Origin: an uncultured Thermoanaerobaculia bacterium
GTDB taxonomy: Bacteria; Acidobacteriota; UBA4820; DSQY01
Reading direction: 5' to 3'
Assembly (NCBI GenBank): GCA_964507185.1
Contig: CAZDOY010000007.1
Span: 39,260-103,259 of the forward strand
Length of the DNA stretch: 64,000 nucleotides
Part shown: positions 19,182-28,696 of the stretch, piece by piece
Layout: each line of letters opens with the position of its first letter
Position numbering within the stretch: position 1 is the stretch's first letter
Translations under genes and position numbers: made by a program
Notes under the pieces: generated by a model
Seen by the model: the letters and a program-made list of their open reading frames with translations, nothing else
Databases searched by the model: none
What the model was told of the DNA's origin: nothing

Positions 19182-21737
19182 TCATTTCGCGATAATGCCC
19201 TTGATTCCCCCCGAAATCAGGGAGGCTAGATTGGTCAGGATACTGGGGAGCGCGATGCCCCCCGGAGAGGCGAGGTACCTGGGCTCCCACTGGGGATCGA
19301 ACTTGTCCTTGTACTCCCTCAGGCCCTGGAAATTGTAGAAGTGTTCGCCGTGCAGGAAGATTATCGCACCCAGGCGGTTCCACAGGGGCGCGAGTGAGCG
19401 GTTGTCCAGGCCGGCCAGCGGAGCCATTCCCAGGTTGAACCATCCGTACCCCTCGGATTTGCCCCAAAGCATGAGGTTCGCAAAGAGGTAATCCATGATC
19501 GTGCCGGGCGCATCCGGAAGGTAACGCATCAGGTCTATGGAAAGTTCCTCCTTGCCGGAACTGCCGAAGATGTTGGCGAAGGCCAGGATCCGTCGGTCCT
19601 TCAGGACCACGGCGGCCGGGTAGCGCTTGATGTAGCCCTCGTCGAAGAAGCCCAGCGAGAAGCCCTTCTCCCGAGTATTTTTTTCATCGAGCCAACGGTC
19701 GGAAACCTCCCTGAGCGCATGGATGGAATCAGCGCACTCGTCCGGCGAGAGCACGGCGAACGTGTAGCCCTCGCCGTTCAATCTATTGTGGACGTACCTG
19801 AGGCGCCGGCGGGAGCCTCCTTCCAGGTTGAACCCCTCCAGGGGAACCCGGGCTTCTTCGCCCAGCTTCAACATCGTCAGGCCCATGTCGAGGTAGATGT
19901 GCAGGTTTTCCGGGCGGACTTGGTAAAAGACCGGCCAGCCGTCGTGCCGGTCGCACATCTCCCGGAACGTCCAGCACAGCTCCACCTTGTCCTCGTCCGC
20001 GCCCACCGGGTCGCCCATCACGGTCCAACTCCTGCCCTGGACGGCGTACATCAAAAAGGCCTTTCCCGTGTCGCTGAAAAGGAAGGACTTGTCGCCGAGC
20101 ATCGCCAGGTGGGCGTAGGTCAGCGGCGAAGTGTCCACGACCGATGCGACCCTGTCCATCTCGACGGAGCCCGGCAGGACGGGCTCAGGCGCTATCGGTC
20201 TGAGAAGGCGCCACATTGTAAAAAACAGGAGGGCGCCGATGGTGCCCACCATGGTCCTCATGAACCTGGGCGCCCCCTGGGAGAGGCTGAAACGCCACCA
20301 CAACTCGTTGGAATACTCTACGTGCTTGTAAGCGAAGAAGCCGAGCCACACCGAGCAAAGCAGGACGAGTACGATGGCCGTGATCCAACCCGGACTGAAG
20401 CGCTGGCTGAAGAGGGAGGCCCGCCTGTAGAAAAGCGGCCGGCACGGCAGCAAAACGATGAAGATCACGCCGAGCACCATGGCGGGTTTGTAGTCGAGTC
20501 CCTTCAGGATGGACAGGATCGCGCCGCCGCCCAGAAGCCCGAGAGTGAGGATGTAAGCCGCGTCGATGCGCCTCTGAATGCCACGCGCCAGCAAAAGGAG
20601 GCCCGCGCCCACCAGGCTCCCGAGGAAGTGGGACACCTCCAAGACGGGCAGCGGAAGGAGGTCCCCGATGAGCCTCAGGTCGGCCTTTTCCACCGGCATG
20701 GCGCCGGAAAACAGCAGGATCGCGCCGCCGATGAAGGTGATCAGGGCGAGAAAGTGCGGCGCCAGGGCTGAATACCACTCTCCGAGTGCGCTCGCGGCCT
20801 TCTTCACCAGGTGCCGGCTCTCGATCAGCTCGCTCGCGCCCATGGCGACGGCGGCCACCAGGAGGGGGCCGATGTAGTAGATGGCCCTGTAGGCGAGGAG
20901 GGAGCCCAGAACCGATGCTGTGGAGAAAGATCCGGGCAGGAGCAGAAGCACCGTGGACTCGAAGACCCCCAGGCCTCCGGGGATCTGGCTCACCAGTCCG
21001 CCGAGTTGCGCCAGGAGGAATATGCCCAGAAAACGGGGGTAGGAAAGACCGGTGCCGGACGGCAGCAGCACGTAGAGCACCCCGCCGGCAAGCGCCCAGT
21101 CGAGGGATGAGATGAGCATCTGCTGCAGGGCCATGCCCGGCGAAGGGAGGGGGAACTCCCATCCCCGCCACCGCAGCGGTTCCCTCTTGAGGAAGGTCAG
21201 GACGAAGTAGCCTGCGAGAACGGCCAGGAGGATGAAACCGAGCGGACGGGCCGAGGAGAACGGCAGGTGGTAACTGGCCGGCAGCCTCGGGGGTTCGATC
21301 ACGAAGGACGCCCCGCCCACGGTCAGGACGCCGATCCAGAAGGTCGTCGTACAGAAGGCCACAACGTTGGTGATCTCCACCGCCGAGAGGCCCCAGGCGG
21401 AGTAGAGCCTGTACCGCACGGGCGCCGTCGTGAACAGGTTGAATCCCGCGTTGTTGCTGAAGGCGTATCCGATGAAGGACACCAGGGCGATCCGTCCGTA
21501 ACCCAGAGAAAGCTTGAGGTAATGGAAGGCCAGCGTGTCGTACCCCGTCAGCACGAGGTATCCGAGGAGGGTCAGCAGGACCGCCGCCGCGATCCTGTCG
21601 GGCTGGATCTGCTGGAGCGCCCTGATGACGTCGTGGTAATGATACTTCTTCAGGGCGTCGTGAATGACCCAGAGCGCCAGGACGAAGATGGTGAGGCCGA
21701 AGATCGGCCCCAGGATCCGCAGCACTTTCCGCTTCAT
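19182..21737 (-). CDS. mprF: MprF-family bifunctional lysylphosphatidylglycerol flippase/synthetase (about 850 aa)
   Basis: N-terminal about 14-TM flippase domain, C-terminal DUF2156/lysyl-PG synthase domain (...GEEARVPLEGFNLEGGSRRRLRYVHNRL...); start MKRKVLRILGPIF at 21737. Confidence 0.8.
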   Translation of the reverse strand: MKRKVLRILGPIFGLTIFVLALWVIHDALKKYHYHDVIRALQQIQPDRIAAAVLLTLLGYLVLTGYDTLAFHYLKLSLGYGRIALVSFIGYAFSNNAGFNLFTTAPVRYRLYSAWGLSAVEITNVVAFCTTTFWIGVLTVGGASFVIEPPRLPASYHLPFSSARPLGFILLAVLAGYFVLTFLKREPLRWRGWEFPLPSPGMALQQMLISSLDWALAGGVLYVLLPSGTGLSYPRFLGIFLLAQLGGLVSQIPGGLGVFESTVLLLLPGSFSTASVLGSLLAYRAIYYIGPLLVAAVAMGASELIESRHLVKKAASALGEWYSALAPHFLALITFIGGAILLFSGAMPVEKADLRLIGDLLPLPVLEVSHFLGSLVGAGLLLLARGIQRRIDAAYILTLGLLGGGAILSILKGLDYKPAMVLGVIFIVLLPCRPLFYRRASLFSQRFSPGWITAIVLVLLCSVWLGFFAYKHVEYSNELWWRFSLSQGAPRFMRTMVGTIGALLFFTMWRLLRPIAPEPVLPGSVEMDRVASVVDTSPLTYAHLAMLGDKSFLFSDTGKAFLMYAVQGRSWTVMGDPVGADEDKVELCWTFREMCDRHDGWPVFYQVRPENLHIYLDMGLTMLKLGEEARVPLEGFNLEGGSRRRLRYVHNRLNGEGYTFAVLSPDECADSIHALREVSDRWLDEKNTREKGFSLGFFDEGYIKRYPAAVVLKDRRILAFANIFGSSGKEELSIDLMRYLPDAPGTIMDYLFANLMLWGKSEGYGWFNLGMAPLAGLDNRSLAPLWNRLGAIIFLHGEHFYNFQGLREYKDKFDPQWEPRYLASPGGIALPSILTNLASLISGGIKGIIAK

Positions 21738-21857
21738 CCCGACATCCCCCTGAGTGATGCCCGCATCGTCCTGTCGAAGCATAAATAGTAACACGCCGGG
21801 GCGCGGATGCTTTCTCTGGAAGCGCGTTTTAAGATTGCGGGGCGCCGCCGGGCGGGA

Positions 21858-23444
21858 TCAGGCGGTCTTCTTGGGCGGGATGCGCGAAGCCGCGTATTCG
21901 GCAATCGCCGTGATGGTCAGGCTGGGATTGACGCCCAGGTTGGCCCCGATCACGGAACCGTCCATGACGTACAGGCCCTCGTAGCCGAAAACCCTGCATC
22001 CTCCATCCACCACACCATCTTCGGACGTCTTGCCCATGGGGCATCCGCCGAGTATGTGGGCGGTCGTGGGCACGTTGAGGAGAACCTCGTTGAGGGCGCT
22101 CTGCGGGAAGGCGTTCAGCCGTTTCGAAACCCTTTTGGCCGTTTCGTTGGCGATGGGGATGTAGGGGGGCGCCGGCGGCTGGCCGGGCGGTTGGAAGGAG
22201 GACACGGTACGCCTGAAAGGCCATAACCACCGTCTCTTCATCACGAGCTGGAGGCGGTTGTCGATGGTCTGCATGACCAGGAGGATGAAGGTCTTGCGCG
22301 CCCGGCCGAAGGGCCACAGCGTCCGCAGGAAATCCAGCGGGCGCCGCAGGCAGTTTCCGATCCACTTGAAGGGGCGCGTCAGGGCCGTCCCGCCGTCCGT
22401 GAGCGGCGTGCCCAGGAGACACATGACGTCGGAGCCCCTGGAATAGCGGACGGGCTCTATCCGCGTGTTGCCGTCCGGGAAGTAGTGCGACGTGATGGCG
22501 ATTCCCTCGCACATGTCCGGCCCCTTGCCCCGCACCGTCACGCCGAGCAGGGCCTCGCTGTTGGTGCGGGTATAGGAGCCCAGCGCATCCGAAAGCTGCG
22601 GAAGGGTCCCTCTCCGCTTGCAGTTCAAAAGGAGCGGCACCGAACCCAGCACGCCCGCGGAGAGCACGACGTTGTCGGCGAGGAGGGTGCCTCGGTTCTT
22701 GAAGAGCATCGAGGTGGCGCGCTCCGTGGCCAGCCTGTATCCGCCCTCCGCGAGCGGTTCGATCCCCGTCACGCGGGTTTCTGGCAGAATCTCGGCGCCC
22801 TTTTTCTCCGCGAAGTAGAGATAGTTTTTGTCCAGCGTGTTCTTTGCGCCGGGCCGGCAGCCCACCATGCAGCCGCCGCAGAACGTGCAGCCCGTGCGCG
22901 GCGGCCCCCCGCCGCCGAAGTACGGGTCCGGTACTTCCTTGTCCGGCTCGCCGAAGAAGACCGCCACGTCCGTCGGGTGGAAAGTCCCCTCGACGCCCAT
23001 CTCTCGGGCCACTTCGAGAAGGGCGTCGTCGGCACGCGTCATGCGCGGATTGACCGCGACGCCCAGCATTCTCCGGGCCTCCTCAAAGTGGGGCTCCAGG
23101 ACGGCCTTCCAGTCGTTGAGGTCCTTCCACCTGGGATCTCCGAAGGCTTCGTCCGCGGGCATCATGAGCGTGTTGGCGTAGACGAGGCTTCCACCGCCCA
23201 CGCCGGCCCCGTGCAGAACGAGGACGTCTCTCAGCAGCGTCAGCTGCTGGATCCCGTGACAGAGAACCCTCGGCATCCAGAAGAACTTCCGAAGGTTCCA
23301 GTTGGTCCTGGGGAAATCCTCCGGCCGCCATCGCTTGCCCATCTCGACGACGAGAACGCGGTAGCCCTTCTCGGTGAGGCGGAGGGCGGCAACCGATCCG
23401 CCGAAACCCGACCCCACCACGACGAAATCGTATTTATCAGGCAC
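21858..23444 (-). CDS. GMC-family FAD oxidoreductase (cholesterol/alcohol oxidase-like), 528 aa
   Basis: YDFVVVGSGFGGSVAALRLTEKGYRVLVVEMG (GxGxxG FAD fold) and C-terminal ...AHILGGCPMG...VMDGSVIGANLGVNPSLTITAIAE GMC_oxred_C signature. Confidence 0.8.
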   Translation of the reverse strand: MPDKYDFVVVGSGFGGSVAALRLTEKGYRVLVVEMGKRWRPEDFPRTNWNLRKFFWMPRVLCHGIQQLTLLRDVLVLHGAGVGGGSLVYANTLMMPADEAFGDPRWKDLNDWKAVLEPHFEEARRMLGVAVNPRMTRADDALLEVAREMGVEGTFHPTDVAVFFGEPDKEVPDPYFGGGGPPRTGCTFCGGCMVGCRPGAKNTLDKNYLYFAEKKGAEILPETRVTGIEPLAEGGYRLATERATSMLFKNRGTLLADNVVLSAGVLGSVPLLLNCKRRGTLPQLSDALGSYTRTNSEALLGVTVRGKGPDMCEGIAITSHYFPDGNTRIEPVRYSRGSDVMCLLGTPLTDGGTALTRPFKWIGNCLRRPLDFLRTLWPFGRARKTFILLVMQTIDNRLQLVMKRRWLWPFRRTVSSFQPPGQPPAPPYIPIANETAKRVSKRLNAFPQSALNEVLLNVPTTAHILGGCPMGKTSEDGVVDGGCRVFGYEGLYVMDGSVIGANLGVNPSLTITAIAEYAASRIPPKKTA

Positions 23445-23551
23445 GTCGCTCTCCCCATGAACATGGTCCTGATGCGAGGGCCTCGTTCACCGCAGACTCG
23501 CTGACTCGCTGAGACGCGTGGAAGACCTGTCCGCGCGCGTCAGGTTCTCTC

Positions 23552-25192
23552 TCAGGTTCTCTCGAAGATGCGCCTTGCCTCGCCGAGTTCCCGCGCGGAA
23601 GGCGTCAGGATGGTCCGGGCATGGATGCGTATCTTCCGGCCGTCGTGGGCGGCGGTCCGGACGTCGGCCTCGCAGACGAAATCCACCGGCCCTTCGGCCC
23701 GGCGCGCGGGAGTCGCCGTGGCGTTGGCACCGGCCCTGCCGGTGGCCGCCACGGCCGGCCGGCCCATCTTCTGTGCCACGAACCGCCTGGCCGCATTCTC
23801 CAGCCCGGTGCCGCTCTTCACGAGGGGCGGAAGCGGCACGGGCTTTTCGTCCGTTACCGGGCGGGTCTCGAAGGCCACGCGCTTGCGGTCGATGAGGTGG
23901 AGCGGCGTGATGTTGTCGCTCGTGATGTTGTTGCCGAGGACGCCGCATCCCAGGGTCATGGCGGGGGGCAGGTTGGTGGAGTATCCGATGGCCCCGTGCG
24001 TGCCGGGCGAGTTCACGATGATCCGGAACGCAGGCTTCTTCAGGGCGAACTGGCGGACGACGTTTAGGTCCTGGGTGTGGAGGGTGAGGGTATGGCCCAG
24101 TCCTCCGTACTTGAGAACCTCGATACAGCGCAGGCACCCGGCCTCCCAACCGTCCGCCTCATAGTAGGAAAGGATCGGGGAGAGCTTTTCCAGGGACAGG
24201 GGATAGTCCCTCCCCACGCCCCCTTCGGGCGCAATGAGTGCGCGCACGGAGTCGGGGACGGAAAAACCGGCCATGGTGGCTATGACCTGGGGCGACCGGC
24301 CCACCACCTTCGGGTTGAGGCGGCCGTCACTGTCCACCACCAGGGCTTCGAGAAGCGCCTTTTCTCTCGGGTTGACGAAATAGCCTCCCGCTTTCTCGAA
24401 CTCCTCCCTGGCTTTTTCCGCGATCGGAAGATCGACGATCACCGACTGCTCGCTGGCACACACGGTGCCCCAGTCGAAGGACTTTCCGGCGATCACGTCC
24501 TTTGCGGCCTTCCGAACGACGGCCGTCCGCTCTATGAAGGACGGCACGTTGCCCGGACCGACGCCGTAGGCGGGCTTGCCCGAGGAATACGCCGCGTTGA
24601 CGAGCCCCATCCCCCCGGTGGCCAGGATCACGTTGATGCCGGAATGGCGCATGAGGGCCTGCGTGTCCTCGATGGACGGGTTGGGGATGATACCGATGAT
24701 GCCCCGGGGGGCCCCCGCGGCGACGGCCGCGTCGTGCATGGCGTCCGCCACGGTCTTGATGCAGTTCTTTGCGGCGGGGTGGGGGGAGATCACGATGCCG
24801 TCCAGGGCCTTGAGGGCGATCATGATCTTGTAGATGGCCGTCGACGTCGGGTTGGTGGACGGGATCACAGCCGCCACCACGCCCATGGGCGAGGCCACTT
24901 CGTAGATACCCTGGCCGGGGTCCGCACTGAGAAAACCGACCGTCTTCAGGGGGCGGATGTAGCGGTAGACGTCCTCCGCGCCCACGCGGTTCTTGATTGT
25001 CTTGTCGGCTGTGGTGCCGTAGCCCGTTTCCTCGTGGGCCATCCTCGCCCACTTTTCGAGATTCGGCATGCAGACCTGGTGGAGAGCGTCGATTATCTTA
25101 TCCACCTGGTCCTGGGTAAAGGATGTGAAGGCTTGCTGGGCACGCCTGACGGATGCAACGACGCGATCCACCTCGGAACTGGCCATGGTCAA
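23552..25192 (-). CDS. CoA-acylating aldehyde dehydrogenase (EutE/PduP family) with about 85-aa C-terminal extension
   Basis: ...FDWGTVCASEQSVIV... catalytic Cys context of EutE/PduP; core about 460 aa then Ala/Pro-rich linker and module DFVCEADVRTAAHDGRKIRIHARTILTPSARELGEARRIF. Confidence 0.85.
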   Translation of the reverse strand: MTMASSEVDRVVASVRRAQQAFTSFTQDQVDKIIDALHQVCMPNLEKWARMAHEETGYGTTADKTIKNRVGAEDVYRYIRPLKTVGFLSADPGQGIYEVASPMGVVAAVIPSTNPTSTAIYKIMIALKALDGIVISPHPAAKNCIKTVADAMHDAAVAAGAPRGIIGIIPNPSIEDTQALMRHSGINVILATGGMGLVNAAYSSGKPAYGVGPGNVPSFIERTAVVRKAAKDVIAGKSFDWGTVCASEQSVIVDLPIAEKAREEFEKAGGYFVNPREKALLEALVVDSDGRLNPKVVGRSPQVIATMAGFSVPDSVRALIAPEGGVGRDYPLSLEKLSPILSYYEADGWEAGCLRCIEVLKYGGLGHTLTLHTQDLNVVRQFALKKPAFRIIVNSPGTHGAIGYSTNLPPAMTLGCGVLGNNITSDNITPLHLIDRKRVAFETRPVTDEKPVPLPPLVKSGTGLENAARRFVAQKMGRPAVAATGRAGANATATPARRAEGPVDFVCEADVRTAAHDGRKIRIHARTILTPSARELGEARRIFERT

Positions 25193-25255
25193 CCTCTACG
25201 GAAGAAGACGGCGAAACGCATGCCATGCGCTCCGCGCTTCAGGGCTCCGCCGGCT

Positions 25256-25597
25256 TTAGGAGCCTCGGGGTCTGCGCGACTTGGGCTTTGCGGCGCGTTT
25301 GCCGGGCTCGTCCGCCTCGGGAGGTTGCGGGATGATGCCCTCCACCTGGTCGTAGGGCATCGGGATGACGTGGACCGAAACCAGGTCTCCCACGCGCCGT
25401 GCCGCGGCCGCCCCGGCGTCCGTGGCCGCCTTGACGGCGCCCACGTCCCCCCTGACCATCACCGTGACGTACGCGCTGCCGATGTATTCCTTGCCGACGA
25501 GGACCACCTTTGCGGCCTTCACCATGGCGTCGGCCGCCTCGATGGCCGCTACCAGCCCGCGCGTCTCGATCATGCCCAAGGCTTCCCGGTTAAGCAT
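25256..25597 (-). CDS. bacterial microcompartment shell protein, BMC-H (PduA/EutM/CcmK family, PF00936), 113 aa with basic C-terminal tail
   Basis: [70 protein letters not shown] is roughly 70-75% identical to PduA as I recall it. Confidence 0.9.
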   Translation of the reverse strand: MLNREALGMIETRGLVAAIEAADAMVKAAKVVLVGKEYIGSAYVTVMVRGDVGAVKAATDAGAAAARRVGDLVSVHVIPMPYDQVEGIIPQPPEADEPGKRAAKPKSRRPRGS

Positions 25598-25625
25598 CCC
25601 CTGTCGTTCCTCCCTTCAAGAATCG

Positions 25626-25654
25626 AGCATAGAAGACCTCGGCAGCCCTGTCAA
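25626..25654 (-). promoter_or_regulatory. candidate sigma-70 promoter for BMC-H/aldehyde dehydrogenase operon (TTGACA-17-TATGCT on minus strand)
   Basis: minus-strand reading ttgacagggctgccgaggtcttctatgct then GGGAGG SD and ATG 25597. Confidence 0.4.
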
Positions 25655-25717
25655 TAATGGGAGGCGGTAGAGGTAAACCAACAATCCAGCGTCCAATTCC
25701 GAAATCAACCACCCTTG

Positions 25718-25736
25718 GCGTTACCGAATGTAACGC
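25718..25736. promoter_or_regulatory. perfect 7-bp inverted repeat GCGTTAC-N5-GTAACGC about 80 bp upstream of sigma-54 promoter (candidate enhancer/UAS)
   Basis: gcgttaccgaatgtaacgc read directly; position typical for bEBP sites. Confidence 0.35.
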
Positions 25737-25796
25737 TTTGGGCGGGGGGCAAGGGGAGCTATAATTACAAAGCTAGGTATGTAGGGATCGAAGGCA

Positions 25797-25811
25797 TGGC
25801 ACGGAGATTGC
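25797..25811 (+). promoter_or_regulatory. sigma-54 (-24/-12) promoter TGGCAC-N5-TTGC upstream of minor pilin operon
   Basis: tggcacggagattgc matches consensus TGGCAC-N5-TTGCW exactly; GAGGAGG SD and ATG 25836 follow. Confidence 0.55.
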
Positions 25812-25835
25812 CTAACCTTAATAGAGGAGGCATAT

Positions 25836-26426
25836 ATGCGCGAAGGGGGCCGGCAAGACCCGAACTCTAAAGCATTGGGTTTCACGCTGCTAGAAGTCCT
25901 TGTCGTGGTCGCGATCCTGGGGCTCATCGCAACCATTCTCACGGTGGCCGTCAGCAACGCGATCAAGAGGCAGCGGCTGGACACGGCCGCCCAGCAGTTG
26001 CGCAGCTTCATGGACAGAGCCTACGTGTCGACGACACAGACGGGAAACGGCATATTCGTTCAGATCGGCGCGGAGCGGACGGACGGGTCCAGGCTCGTGA
26101 GGCTCATAGAGGACAGCAATTCGAATAAGACGCTCGACAGTACGGACCAGGTCCTGGCGACGGAAACCATAACGAGTGATCTCGTCCTGTCCAATTCCTC
26201 CACCGCGGCAACCGCCTGGCCCGTTATCGGCGGCTCTCTGGTGATGCTCTGCGACTCAATGGGGCGGGCCATCAATCCGAACACGGGCCTCCAGATTTCC
26301 CAGGACCTTACGATTTCATTGACGCACACCGACATGACGGGATCCGGTACGTTAACCCCAAGGCTTCGGTACGACATCCGTCTGTACCCACTGTGGAGCC
26401 CGTCTTTGACCGAGGTGAGACTATGA
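25836..26426 (+). CDS. type IV pilus minor pilin / pseudopilin (FimT/GspH-like) with prepilin N-terminal methylation motif
   Basis: ...KALGFTLLEVLVVVAILGLIATIL... class III signal peptide. Confidence 0.7.
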   Translation: MREGGRQDPNSKALGFTLLEVLVVVAILGLIATILTVAVSNAIKRQRLDTAAQQLRSFMDRAYVSTTQTGNGIFVQIGAERTDGSRLVRLIEDSNSNKTLDSTDQVLATETITSDLVLSNSSTAATAWPVIGGSLVMLCDSMGRAINPNTGLQISQDLTISLTHTDMTGSGTLTPRLRYDIRLYPLWSPSLTEVRL

Positions 26427-26956
26427 GAGCCCAATTGAATCGGCGCGTGCCGGAAAAAGCGGAGGGAGAGAAGGGCAGCAGCCTCATAGAGGTGCTCGTG
26501 GCACTTCTGATCATGCTCTTCCTCATGATCGGCATCCTGCAGATGTTCGCCCTGTCCTACCTGGTAAATCTGGGCTCGGCGGCCCGCACCGAGCTAACCT
26601 ACAAGTGCGAGCAGGTGATGGAGAACGTTCGCTACTTTTCCTATTTGTCCCATGAAGGGATAGCGCTCCCCGCTAATACCGGCATTACCTTCGCGGCAGG
26701 GACCTACGACCTTCCCTATTCGGGGAGCGCCGTGGCCAGTTCTTACTGGGGGCCGACCCAGGCCGACGTCGTGGAAGGCGAGGACATGCCCTACCGCCTG
26801 TCCGTCGAGGTCCAGGATGGCGATACTCATGGCGTGGCGGGCCAGTGGATCGTGACCGTTTCGGCCGTGCCGTCCGAGGTTCAGGGCGCCCGCAAGTACA
26901 TTGGCGTGGGCATCGAACACAAGAGGGTTGATTATGTCGCTCAGTTACCGAAGTAG
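26423..26956 (+). CDS. pilV: type IV pilus minor pilin, PilV-like
   Basis: ...EGEKGSSLIEVLVALLIMLFLMIGIL...; ATGA overlap with upstream gene; +1 residue Ser instead of Phe. Confidence 0.6.
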   Translation: MRAQLNRRVPEKAEGEKGSSLIEVLVALLIMLFLMIGILQMFALSYLVNLGSAARTELTYKCEQVMENVRYFSYLSHEGIALPANTGITFAAGTYDLPYSGSAVASSYWGPTQADVVEGEDMPYRLSVEVQDGDTHGVAGQWIVTVSAVPSEVQGARKYIGVGIEHKRVDYVAQLPK

Positions 26957-28079
26957 ACGAAAAGATAAGGGCTTCACGCTCATCGAGGCCACCATCTCCC
27001 TCACCCTCCTGCTGGTGGTGTTGATCGTCTCCCTGACGTTTCTCTTCTCCATGCGGACCTTCTCCCAGCGACAGGAGATGTTCACGTCGCCGAGGCAGAC
27101 GGCCCGGCGCGCGCTCGACTACCTGACCTACTACGTCCGTGGAGCCGGTGATCTGAACCAGGAGCAGGACAATCCGAACGCCATCGTGGTGTGGTACGCG
27201 AACGGTTCGGCGACCCCCGTCCAGGCCTCGTACGACAACGTGACCAATGCGAACTTTGCGGACAAGGGCACCGACCTGATCAACCTGGCCATACCGCCTC
27301 TGTCCCCCATCAGCGCGCAGTATATTCCTTCGAGTGGGAGCGCCTCGACGGGGATCGTCGCCTTTTCGGCGGGATGCGGCACCTCGGACGACGACACGGC
27401 GAACAAGGATCTGTTCAAGACGCTGACGGGGTGCTGCGACGCCAGCGGCAACAGCCCCATCATGACCCTCGTGGACCACAACGGGGACTGGGCCTACTTT
27501 CAGATCACCGGTTACCAAGACAGCGACTGTGCCGGCAAACCCACGACGAGCCCTCCGACCCCGCCGGGCGTCCACATCACCGCCAACTACGGGAATTCGT
27601 TGGGCATCAACCCGCCGGGGGGGCCTGTTCTCGATGAGCCCTATTACCTGAAAGTGGGCGTTTTTTACTACAGCTTCCGCGTCAAGAACGGCCAGCTCCA
27701 GCAGAAGAGCGGCGTTTTCAACCCAACCAAGCCCGATGACGGATTCGTCACCCTTCTGGATAACGTGGAGGATTTGCAAATCGCCTACATATACGACGAT
27801 GGAACCATTTGGAACAGCGCCGCCCAGACGCTGGTCACAACGGGCGACGTTCCCACCCAGCCGGGCACGGGTACCGCGGCGCCCCCCGACATCCGGAGCG
27901 TGACGGGACTCAGGATCACCATCGTGGGACGGTCGGTCCAGCTCCCCGTCACGATGCTCAGCCACGACAAGTACTCGCGGCCGGCAGCCGAGAACCACGC
28001 GGGCGGCCTGGCGGATCGCTTCTACCACTACCGGCTCACGGATACGGTGATGCTCCGCAACCGGATGCTGGGGAGATGA
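26934..28079 (+). CDS. pilW: type IV pilus minor pilin, PilW-like (381 aa)
   Basis: MSLSYRSRRKDKGFTLIEATISLTLLLVVLIVSL... Confidence 0.65.
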   Translation: MSLSYRSRRKDKGFTLIEATISLTLLLVVLIVSLTFLFSMRTFSQRQEMFTSPRQTARRALDYLTYYVRGAGDLNQEQDNPNAIVVWYANGSATPVQASYDNVTNANFADKGTDLINLAIPPLSPISAQYIPSSGSASTGIVAFSAGCGTSDDDTANKDLFKTLTGCCDASGNSPIMTLVDHNGDWAYFQITGYQDSDCAGKPTTSPPTPPGVHITANYGNSLGINPPGGPVLDEPYYLKVGVFYYSFRVKNGQLQQKSGVFNPTKPDDGFVTLLDNVEDLQIAYIYDDGTIWNSAAQTLVTTGDVPTQPGTGTAAPPDIRSVTGLRITIVGRSVQLPVTMLSHDKYSRPAAENHAGGLADRFYHYRLTDTVMLRNRMLGR

Positions 28080-28675
28080 CCATGAAAGAGAGAGGTAGCG
28101 CACTCATTACGGTCGTACTGGTCGTCCTGGTCCTGACCATGGTTGGCATCGCCGGCGCCCTGTTCATGCAGGTCGAAGACAGGGTTTCCAAGAACGACGA
28201 ACTCCAGCAGGCGGGGCTGTACGCAGCCGAAGCCGGCCTGCGGGTGGGCGAAAAGCTGGTCTACGACGCGGCGGTTTCCAATAGCGACTCGCTCAACACG
28301 ATGCTCGCCCACATCTCAACCACCGTTCCCGACCTCCAGCCTCCGGGCGAGGGCTATACGGCGGTGGTGTTGGCTGATCCGACTTCGGGCGTCGAGTACG
28401 CGAACGTGGTCATTCCGGTTCCGTCGGGAATCGTGGCGCGGGCCACGTACACGCTGTACGTGCGCAACAACATGGACGACGTCACCCACAGCGCCACGGT
28501 CGACGGCGACAGCAAGGTGAATCTCATCGCTGTGGGCGAGGTCCAGGATTCGTCTGGAAGGCGTGTCGTGGAGAAGATCGTTGAAGAGCAGATGGACGCA
28601 GGCGGCGCCGGAGGGCAACATGGTCCAGAACTCGGGGGCAGCATGGCCGGAACAGGCGCCTCCGGTGTCAACTAG
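28076..28675 (+). CDS. pilX: type IV pilus assembly protein PilX-like
   Basis: MTMKERGSALITVVLVVLVLTMVGIAGALF... PilX N-terminal domain; ATGA overlap with pilW. Confidence 0.65.
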   Translation: MTMKERGSALITVVLVVLVLTMVGIAGALFMQVEDRVSKNDELQQAGLYAAEAGLRVGEKLVYDAAVSNSDSLNTMLAHISTTVPDLQPPGEGYTAVVLADPTSGVEYANVVIPVPSGIVARATYTLYVRNNMDDVTHSATVDGDSKVNLIAVGEVQDSSGRRVVEKIVEEQMDAGGAGGQHGPELGGSMAGTGASGVN

Positions 28676-28696
28676 GCGTTGTGAAGGAGAACTGAC

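Noticed and set aside
19719-21171. 350-aa (+) and 328-aa (-) alternate-frame ORFs inside mprF
   Set aside because: Overlap a strongly supported 14-TM MprF frame. Both are Arg/Pro/Gly-rich artefacts.
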